Shown: positions 1-6,781 of the stretch, piece after piece
Position numbering within the stretch: position 1 is the stretch's first letter
How the letters are laid out: the number at the start of each line of letters is the position of its first letter
Program-made: the position numbers and the translations under genes
Source: Candidatus Limnocylindrales bacterium
Lineage (GTDB): Bacteria; Chloroflexota; Limnocylindria; Limnocylindrales; CSP1-4
Reading direction: 5' to 3'
Length of the DNA: 58,241 nucleotides
Assembly (NCBI GenBank): GCA_036559965.1
Contig: DATBSD010000091.1
Coordinates: forward strand, 1 to 58,241
Notes under the pieces: model-generated
The model's database searches: none
What the model was told of the DNA's origin: nothing
What the model saw: the letters and a program-made list of their open reading frames with translations, nothing else

Positions 1-249
1 GACGTCGCACTGGTCGTCACCACGCTCGTCCTGGCGACGACGTTCACGCCCATCAAGACGTGGCTCGAGGCGAAGGTCAAGGACCGGCGCGGCGTCATCC
101 ACGATCCCGCGCTGCCCGCCGAGCGGCCCGCGGACCTCGAGTCGGAGCGCATCGCCGAGCGGGCGGCGGCCATCGTGATGGAACGACTGGCGGCGGGTCC
201 GCGCGCGACTGCGCCACCGCCCCCGCCCGAACGCGCGACGGTAGAATGA
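1..249 (+). CDS. partial CDS, C-terminal end of an unidentified membrane-associated protein (5' end lies outside the window)
   Basis: Frame 1 is open from the window edge to TGA 247-249, with strong G/C third-position bias. The translation starts DVALVVTTLVLATTFTPIKTW (hydrophobic helix) and continues into a charged/Pro-rich tail. No family recognised. Absent from the ORF track because the window holds no start codon for it. Confidence 0.35.
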   Translation, partial: DVALVVTTLVLATTFTPIKTWLEAKVKDRRGVIHDPALPAERPADLESERIAERAAAIVMERLAAGPRATAPPPPPERATVE

Positions 250-339
250 CCGTGGGCTGCCGGGAGACGCCTGCGCGCACGCGCCCGGGATCCGCTCCAC
301 GCATGCCGACCACGCCGCACCCGAGCGCATGAGGATCGC

Positions 340-696
340 GTGACTGGACTCTGGTACGTCCTCGGCTTCGCCTTCGCCGGGTTCACGTTCGTGTTCATCA
401 CCATCGGCGCCAGCTGGCTGCTGACGCATCGCAGCCGTGGCGACCTTCACAAGGGCCTGCCCTACGAGTCGGGCATCGACACCTTCGGCGACACGTGGGG
501 CCGCTTCGGGCTCAGCTTCTACATCTACGCCCTGCTCTTCGTGGCCTTCGACATCGAGGTCATCTTCGTCTTCCTCTGGGCGCTCGTGTTCAAGGACATC
601 CTCGTCGGCGGCTTCCTGTCGATGCTCCTCTTCGTGCTCATCCTGCTCATCGGCCTGGGCTACGCCTGGCGGAAGGGCGTGCTGACGTGGAAGTGA
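340..696 (+). CDS. nuoA: NADH-quinone oxidoreductase subunit A
   Basis: GTG 340 is preceded by GAGGA. The product is 118 aa with three hydrophobic helices and the ND3/NuoA core LPYESGID...FDIEVIFVFLW. First gene of a tightly packed nuo operon. Confidence 0.9.
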   Translation: MTGLWYVLGFAFAGFTFVFITIGASWLLTHRSRGDLHKGLPYESGIDTFGDTWGRFGLSFYIYALLFVAFDIEVIFVFLWALVFKDILVGGFLSMLLFVLILLIGLGYAWRKGVLTWK

Positions 697-1442
697 CGCC
701 CGAGCGCCCGGCGGACGAAGCAGCTGGCGGCCAGGCGGCCGACGCTGCCACGCCGGACCCGACCGAGCCAGTGGGCGTCGTCGCCACCGCGGGGTCAGTG
801 GCCGTCAGCGAGCCGATCCGCGTCGCCAACACCGTCTGGACGCCGGCTGACCCGCAGGCGTATCTCGGCGGCCGTGTGCCGACGGTCGCGCACCTGGCCG
901 AGATCGAGGCCGACTACGACCGATCGGACAACGCCCGCTGGTCGGGGGCGCTCGAGGTCATCCCCACGACGGCCGACTATGTGCTCGATCTCATCCGCGT
1001 CAACAGCCTCTGGCCGCTCCTCTCCGGCCTGGCGTGCTGCGCGATGGAGATGATGTCGGCGGCCACGTCGGTCAACGACATGGACCGCTTCGGCATGTTC
1101 CCCTTCCGGGCCAGCCCCCGCCAGGCCGACGTGCTCATCGTGGCGGGCACGTTGACGACCAAGATGGCCGGCCCGCTCATCCGGCTCTGGGAGCAGATGC
1201 CGGAGCCCAAGTGGTGCGTGGCGATGGGCGACTGCACCTGCTCGGGCGGCCGCTACAAGCGCTCCTACGCGACGATCCAGGGCATCGATCGCGTGATGCC
1301 CGTCGACGTCTACGTGCCCGGCTGCCCGCCCCGGCCGGAGGGCCTCATCTACGGCATGCTCAAGCTCCAGCAGCTGATCATGGAGCGTCGCGGCCACTGG
1401 CGCGATCGGGTCATCGGACCGACCGTCCCGGACGGCGTCTGA
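687..1442 (+). CDS. nuoB: NADH-quinone oxidoreductase subunit B (N2 cluster subunit) with a long N-terminal extension
   Basis: Lies in the 3' part of track ORF 495..1442. GTG 687 (or 693) overlaps the nuoA stop. Conserved motifs GLACCAMEM, GDCTCSGG and VPGCPPRPE are present. About 95 aa of Ala/Pro/Thr-rich sequence precede the conserved core, so the exact start is uncertain. Confidence 0.85.
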   Translation: MEVTPERPADEAAGGQAADAATPDPTEPVGVVATAGSVAVSEPIRVANTVWTPADPQAYLGGRVPTVAHLAEIEADYDRSDNARWSGALEVIPTTADYVLDLIRVNSLWPLLSGLACCAMEMMSAATSVNDMDRFGMFPFRASPRQADVLIVAGTLTTKMAGPLIRLWEQMPEPKWCVAMGDCTCSGGRYKRSYATIQGIDRVMPVDVYVPGCPPRPEGLIYGMLKLQQLIMERRGHWRDRVIGPTVPDGV

Positions 1443-1584
1443 GCAGGCGGAAGGAGCCCCGGCCATCGACACCGCGCTCAAGCGCCGCCTGGAGACCGCT
1501 TTCGCTGCGCAGCTGGCGGGCCCCGTCACGCAGCGCCACGACACGACCGAGATCCGCGTCACGGCCGGCGATGCCGCACAGGTC

Positions 1585-2013
1585 ATGCGCACGCTCCACG
1601 ACGACCCGACGTTCCGCTTCCGCCTGCTGGCTGACATCAGCGGCGTGGATACGGGCACGACGATGCAGGTCGTCTACCACGTCTGGTCCGACACGACGCC
1701 CGACTGGCTGCGCGTCATCGTCGTCGACCTCGAGCGCGACGACCCGCGCTGTCCCTCGATCACCTTCCTCTGGAAGGGCGCCGAGTGGGGCGAGCGCGAG
1801 GCCTACGACATGTTCGGCATCATCTTCGAGGGCAACCGCGACCTGCGCCGCATCTACATGCCGCCCGACTACGTGAGCTTCCCCCTGCGCAAGGACTTCC
1901 TGCTGCCGGACGACGCGTCGCGCTCGCCGGGCATGGGCATCCGACACATGGAGCAGGCTGCGGCGGCACCGTCGACGGCCGGCGCCTCGCTCCGCCAGGC
2001 CAGGACGGACTGA
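1585..2013 (+). CDS. nuoC: NADH-quinone oxidoreductase subunit C (30-kDa subunit); true start probably upstream at a non-canonical codon
   Basis: Motifs FRFRLLADISGVD, WKGAEWGEREAYDMFGIIFEGN and LRRIYMP are present. The first ATG/GTG (1585) leaves only about 10 aa before the FRF..L.D..GVD motif. The in-frame upstream translation (IDTALKRRLETAFAAQLAGPVTQRHDTTEIRVTAGDAAQV) resembles the missing N-terminal strands. AAGGAG lies at 1451-1456. Confidence 0.7.
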   Translation: MRTLHDDPTFRFRLLADISGVDTGTTMQVVYHVWSDTTPDWLRVIVVDLERDDPRCPSITFLWKGAEWGEREAYDMFGIIFEGNRDLRRIYMPPDYVSFPLRKDFLLPDDASRSPGMGIRHMEQAAAAPSTAGASLRQARTD

Positions 2014-2015
2014 CC

Positions 2016-3242
2016 ATGGCGACCGAGCCGCAGACGCGCATCCGCTCGCTCGACGACCCGCTGCTCATGGTCGACACGCCGGCGACCATCTACGACGCCG
2101 TCCCGCCCTACCCGCCGCGAACGGAGCGCGAGGCCGAGTTCTACCACCTGCGCGAAGGCGAGATGCTCGTCAACCTCGGGCCGCAGCATCCCTCGACGCA
2201 CGGCGTCCTGCGTGTCGTGCTGAAGATCGACGGCGAGCGCGTCGTGGATCTCGATCCCGTCCTCGGCTACCTCCACCGGGGCGTCGAGAAGATCTGCGAG
2301 AACAGCGACTGGCATATGGTCGTCAGCCACTGTGACCCGCTCGAGTACATCGCCTCGATGTTCAGCGAGCTGGTGCCGGTCATGGCCGCCGAGCAGCTGC
2401 TCGATGTCAAGGTGCCCCGCCGCGCCGAGTACATCCGCGTCCTGGCCTGCGAGCTCAACCGCATCTCCAGCCATGCCTTGTTCATGGGCTGGCTGGCCCT
2501 CGACCTGGGCGGCCTGACGCCCATCCTCTACGGCTTCATCGAGCGCGACGAGATCGTCGAGATGCTGGCCGCGCTGACGGGCCAGAAGCTGCTCTTCAAC
2601 TACATGCGCATCGGCGGCGTCAACGGCGATCTGAACCACGAGTTCCTGAGCCGGCTGGGCGACTGGATGAGCCACGCCGGCCAGCGCATCGAGGACAGCC
2701 AGACGCTCATCAACGAGAACGAGATCTTCGTCAAGCGCACGCGCGGCCTGGGCGTCGTCGACCGCGAGACGGCGCTCCGCATGTGCCTCACCGGGCCGCC
2801 CCTGCGTGCCACAGGCATCCCCTACGACGTCCGCCGGGCCCATCCCTACGGCGCCTACCCGGAGCTCGAGTTCGAGATCCCGACCCGCGAGGAAGGCGAC
2901 TCCTACGCCCGCTATCTGCTTCACCTCGACGAGATCAAGCAGAGCATCCACATCATCGACCAGGTCCTCCACGAGATGCCCGACGGCCCGATCATGGCCA
3001 AGCTGCCGCGCCTCCTGCGGCCGCGGCCGGGCCGGGCATTCGCAGCCATCGAGAGCCCGCGCGGCCAGTCCGCCGTGTACGCCATGAGCGACGGCAGCGA
3101 TCAGCCCTTCCGGCTGCGCATCCACGACCCGTCGTACTTCAACCTCCAGACGGTCGGCCTGCTGACGCCCGGGCACCTCGTCGCCGACACGATGGCCATC
3201 ATGGCCAGCCTCGACCCGATCATGGGCGGCGTCGACAAGTGA
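2016..3242 (+). CDS. nuoD: NADH-quinone oxidoreductase subunit D (49-kDa subunit)
   Basis: ATG 2016 follows the nuoC stop after a 2-nt gap (internal start of track ORF 1785..3242). The product is 408 aa. Motifs include GPQHPSTHGVLR, RVLACELNRISSH and the C-terminal MASLDPIMGGVDK. Confidence 0.92.
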   Translation: MATEPQTRIRSLDDPLLMVDTPATIYDAVPPYPPRTEREAEFYHLREGEMLVNLGPQHPSTHGVLRVVLKIDGERVVDLDPVLGYLHRGVEKICENSDWHMVVSHCDPLEYIASMFSELVPVMAAEQLLDVKVPRRAEYIRVLACELNRISSHALFMGWLALDLGGLTPILYGFIERDEIVEMLAALTGQKLLFNYMRIGGVNGDLNHEFLSRLGDWMSHAGQRIEDSQTLINENEIFVKRTRGLGVVDRETALRMCLTGPPLRATGIPYDVRRAHPYGAYPELEFEIPTREEGDSYARYLLHLDEIKQSIHIIDQVLHEMPDGPIMAKLPRLLRPRPGRAFAAIESPRGQSAVYAMSDGSDQPFRLRIHDPSYFNLQTVGLLTPGHLVADTMAIMASLDPIMGGVDK

Positions 3243-4624
3243 GCGCGCTGTCGCGGCCGTGGAGCCGCCTGACGCTGGCGGGCAAGATCGTCCTGCCGCT
3301 CATGGCGCTGATGGCCGTGCTCACGCTGGCGCTCCTGGCCGGCGTGGCGCTGGGGCCCGTCCCGTTCGTGGTCGACATCGTGGCCGACACCATCGTCGCC
3401 AACCTGGGCATCGTCCGCTTCGTCGGCGCGGTCACGGCCGTGCTCCTGCTGACCGTGCCGACCGCGTTCATCATCATCTTCCTGGAGATGAAGGTCATCG
3501 CCCTGATGAACCTTCGCCTGGGGCCCAACCGGGTCGGCCCGTGGGGCACGCTCCAGTCGGCCATCCACGGCTTCAAGGTGCTGGGCAAAGAGGACTTCAC
3601 GCCGACCGGCGCCGACGTGCCGGTCTTCACCCTCGCGCCGGCGGTGGTCTACCTGGCGAGCGTGATGTGCTTCCTGGTGCTGCCCTTCGCACCGGGCATC
3701 GTGGGCGCTGACATGAACATCGGGCTGCTCTATTTCTTCGCCGTCGGCAGCCTCGGCGTGGTGGGCCTGATGATGGCCGGCTGGTCGAGCTTCAACAAGT
3801 ACAGCCTGCTGGGCGGCCTGCGCGCGGCGGCCCAGATCATCAGCTACGAGATCCCGCTGACGCTCTCGATCGTCGGCGTCGTGCTCCTGGCGGGCACGCT
3901 CAGCCTCAACAGCATCGTGCTCGAGCAGAGCGGCAGCTTCCTCGACTGGTTCATCTTCCGCCAGCCGCTCGGCTTCCTCATCTTCTTCATCGCCGCCACC
4001 GCCGAGGGCGCCCGGACGCCGTTCGACCTGACCGAGGCGGACTCGGAGATCGTGGCCGGCTTCGCGACCGAGTACAGCGGCATGCGCTTCGGCTTCTTCT
4101 TCTTCGCCGAGTACGTCAACGTCTTCCTGCTCTCGGCACTGACGGTCGTCCTCTTCTTCGGCGGCTGGAACGCCCCGCTCGACCTGGGCGGCATGCTCGC
4201 CGCCATCGGCCTCTCGGTCGACCCCACGCTGGCGCCCGGCCAGCTCGGCATCGGGCTGCTCCTGGGCGTCGGCCTCGTGCCGCCCATCGTCATCCTGCTG
4301 CTCGCCCTGCCCATCTGGGCACTCCGCAGCGACGTCAAGTTCTGGCAGGCCCTGGTCATCGGCTTCCTGCTCTTCAACGTGCTCGTGGTCGGCGCCCTCA
4401 TGCTCTGGGCGACGGCCAGCTTCGAGGCCGTCGAGGGCCTCATCTGGTTCTTCGCCAAGACCTACGTCTTCGTGGTCGTCTTCGTGTGGATGCGCGGCAC
4501 GCTGCCACGCGTGCGCATCGATCAGCTCATGGGCTTCGCCTGGAAGTGGCTGCTGCCCGCCGCCCTCATCAACCTCTTCTTGACGGCGGCCGCCATCGTC
4601 GTCGTCGACTCGGTCCGCGGGTGA
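3239..4624 (+). CDS. nuoH: NADH-quinone oxidoreductase subunit H
   Basis: GTG 3239 overlaps the nuoD stop (GTGA). Polytopic membrane protein. ND1/NuoH motifs LRLGPNRVGPWGTLQS, GWSSFNKYSLLGGLRAAAQ.ISYE and ATEYSGMRFGFFFFAEY are present. There is an extra N-terminal helix; an alternative ATG lies at 3302. Confidence 0.85.
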   Translation: MSALSRPWSRLTLAGKIVLPLMALMAVLTLALLAGVALGPVPFVVDIVADTIVANLGIVRFVGAVTAVLLLTVPTAFIIIFLEMKVIALMNLRLGPNRVGPWGTLQSAIHGFKVLGKEDFTPTGADVPVFTLAPAVVYLASVMCFLVLPFAPGIVGADMNIGLLYFFAVGSLGVVGLMMAGWSSFNKYSLLGGLRAAAQIISYEIPLTLSIVGVVLLAGTLSLNSIVLEQSGSFLDWFIFRQPLGFLIFFIAATAEGARTPFDLTEADSEIVAGFATEYSGMRFGFFFFAEYVNVFLLSALTVVLFFGGWNAPLDLGGMLAAIGLSVDPTLAPGQLGIGLLLGVGLVPPIVILLLALPIWALRSDVKFWQALVIGFLLFNVLVVGALMLWATASFEAVEGLIWFFAKTYVFVVVFVWMRGTLPRVRIDQLMGFAWKWLLPAALINLFLTAAAIVVVDSVRG

Positions 4625-4628
4625 GGCC

Positions 4629-5462
4629 ATGAACATGCTGCCGGGCAAGGGCATCTTCAAGGGCATGGCCCTGACGCTCCTGCGCATGGTCCAGCCCAAG
4701 GCGACCATCCAGTACCCCGAGGTCGTCAACGACATCTCGCCCAGGCACCGTGGCCGGCTGCAGCTGCTCTACGACGAGCACGGCACGCTCAAATGCGAGA
4801 CCTGCTTCCAGTGCGCCCAGGCCTGTCCCATCGAGTGCATCGACATGGGCGGCGTCGACACCAAGGACCGCTTCCACATCCACTGGGGCGCACCGGAGCA
4901 GTACGCCGAGCGGCGCGAGGAATCCGCCCTGCGGCGATCCGGACGGCCGGTGCCCGATCGCTCGTTCGACCCCTTCCTGGGCATCGACACGGCGGCGCTC
5001 GATCGGATCCTCGACGAGGAGGGCTACGACCCGGCGCGCATGCTGACCATCCTGACGCGCACCCAGGAAGCCTACGGCCACCTGCCGGTCGCCGCGCTCA
5101 AGCACATCAGCCACGCGACAGGTGCCTGGTACGCCGAGATCTACGGCACCGCCAGCTCCTACGACCACTTCCGCCTCGACCCACCGAGCGGCCACGTCTT
5201 CGGCGTCTGCCGCTGTCCCGCGTGCCAGTTCCGCGGCAGCGGCCGGATCGTGGCCGCCCTGGAGGACGCGCTCGCCACGACGCTCGGCCAGAGCAGCCCG
5301 GAAGGCGCCGTGCGGCTCGAGGCGATCGACTGCCACGGCGAGGCCGGGACGCAGCCGCTCGTGCTGCTCGACGGTGAGCGGGTCGCCGACGCCTCACCAG
5401 CCGCCGTCGTCGCCAGCGCCACCGCGCTGCGTGCCGCCCACGCCGAGGCGGGGCACGCATGA
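4629..5462 (+). CDS. fusion protein: NuoI-like N-terminal half (single CxxCxxCxxxCP motif) joined to a NuoE-like thioredoxin-fold domain
   Basis: The N-terminus KATIQYPEVVNDISPRHRGRLQLL...CETCFQCAQACPIECIDM matches NuoI up to and including the first ferredoxin motif; the second motif is absent. The C-terminal half ARMLTILTRTQEAYGHLPVAALKHIS...VFGVCRCPACQFRGSGRIVAALED...LEAIDCHGEAGTQPLVLLDG matches the NuoE/24-kDa 2Fe-2S fold, with an altered Cys pattern. Confidence 0.8.
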   Translation: MNMLPGKGIFKGMALTLLRMVQPKATIQYPEVVNDISPRHRGRLQLLYDEHGTLKCETCFQCAQACPIECIDMGGVDTKDRFHIHWGAPEQYAERREESALRRSGRPVPDRSFDPFLGIDTAALDRILDEEGYDPARMLTILTRTQEAYGHLPVAALKHISHATGAWYAEIYGTASSYDHFRLDPPSGHVFGVCRCPACQFRGSGRIVAALEDALATTLGQSSPEGAVRLEAIDCHGEAGTQPLVLLDGERVADASPAAVVASATALRAAHAEAGHA

Positions 5463-6778
5463 CGACTCGCGTCCTGGCGGGCGACAAGTCCTGGCCCCGC
5501 GTCCTGCTCGGCCGGACCTACGATCCCGATGCCGGCCTCGCCGCTGCCGAGCGAGCGGGCGCCTGGAAAGCGTGGCGGACGGCTGCCGCCGACCTCGGGC
5601 CGGAGGCGCTCATCCGCCTCGTCGGCGAATCCGGCCTCCGCGGTCGTGGCGGCGGCGGCTATCCGACGGCCGACAAGTGGCGGACCTGTCGCGCGCAGCC
5701 GTCCCCGACGCGCTACGTCGTCGCCAACGGCTACGAGGCCGACCCCGGCTCGGCGACCGATCGGACGCTCATGGCGAGCGACCCACACGGTGTGCTCGAA
5801 GGCGTCGCCCTGGCCGCCTACGCCGTCGGGGCACGGCGTGCCATCGTCGCCGTCCGAGCCGACGCGACGGTCGCCATCCGGCGTCTCGCGGCCGCCCTGC
5901 GGGAGGCCGAGGAGGCCGGCCTCATCGGCAGCGACGGGCTGGCCCGTGGCATCGACATCCACATCGAGCTGCGCGAGCTGCAGGGCGCCTTCGTGGTCGG
6001 CGAGGAGACGGTCCTGCTGCGCGCCATCGAGGGCAAGCGCGCGATGCCCGACCAGCGACCGCCCTATCCCGCCGAGCGCGGCCTGTGGGATGAGCCGACC
6101 GTCGTCAACAACGTGGCCACGCTGGCGGCCGTGCCCTGGATCGTGACCAACGGCGCCGGCGCCTTCCGCAAGCTGGGCGCCGCCGAGGAGCCCGGCACGA
6201 CGCTCGTCCACGTCAGCGGTGCGGTCAAGGAACCAGGCATCCTCGAGGTGCCCACCGGCACGACGCTCAAGGCCATCATCAAGGCGGCCGGCGGCGCGAC
6301 CGGGACGACCAAGGCGATCCTCGTCGGCGGCCCGTCGGGCGGCTTCCTGCCGGCCGATGCGCTCTCGACCGTCTACGGCCGGGCGGCCCTCCACGAGGCC
6401 GGCGCCATCGTCGGGTCGGGCAGCATCCTGGTCGTCGACCAGTCCGCCTGCATCGTCGAGCTGGCCACGATGCTCGAGCGCTTCATGAGCGACGAGTCGT
6501 GCGGCAAGTGCATCCCCTGCCGCATCGGGACGCGGCGACTGGTCGAGATCGGCGAGCGCTTCACCGGCGGCCGGCCACGACCGACCGACGTGCAGCTGCT
6601 GGCCGACCTGTCGGCCGACGTCCGCGACGGCTCGCTCTGCGGTCACGGCATCACGGCGCCCAATCCGCTGACCAGCGGGATGCGATACTTCGGCGCGGAG
6701 TTCGACGCTCACATCACCCGGAGCACCTGCCCGGCCGGCATCTGCTCGCCGCTGCGCGTCGCCGGAGGCATCGCCTGA
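5459..6778 (+). CDS. nuoF: NADH-quinone oxidoreductase subunit F-like (FMN/NADH-binding 51-kDa subunit)
   Basis: The start is an ATGA overlap with the upstream gene. Motifs include GLRGRGGGGYPTADKW, a central SLBB-like region, ESCGKCIPCRIGTRRL and GSLCGHG (N3 4Fe-4S ligands). Confidence 0.9.
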   Translation: MTTRVLAGDKSWPRVLLGRTYDPDAGLAAAERAGAWKAWRTAAADLGPEALIRLVGESGLRGRGGGGYPTADKWRTCRAQPSPTRYVVANGYEADPGSATDRTLMASDPHGVLEGVALAAYAVGARRAIVAVRADATVAIRRLAAALREAEEAGLIGSDGLARGIDIHIELRELQGAFVVGEETVLLRAIEGKRAMPDQRPPYPAERGLWDEPTVVNNVATLAAVPWIVTNGAGAFRKLGAAEEPGTTLVHVSGAVKEPGILEVPTGTTLKAIIKAAGGATGTTKAILVGGPSGGFLPADALSTVYGRAALHEAGAIVGSGSILVVDQSACIVELATMLERFMSDESCGKCIPCRIGTRRLVEIGERFTGGRPRPTDVQLLADLSADVRDGSLCGHGITAPNPLTSGMRYFGAEFDAHITRSTCPAGICSPLRVAGGIA

Positions 6779-6781
6779 GCC

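Noticed and set aside
4629-5462. Interpretation of the NuoI/NuoE fusion as an artefact of a single frameshift between two normal genes.
   Set aside because: Neither of the other two forward frames (track ORFs 4750..5046 and 4793..5377) contains a second CxxCxxCxxxCP motif or a NuoE N-terminus, and the reading frame is continuous with high GC3. A larger deletion or assembly error cannot be excluded without reads, so this is kept as a finding with that caveat.
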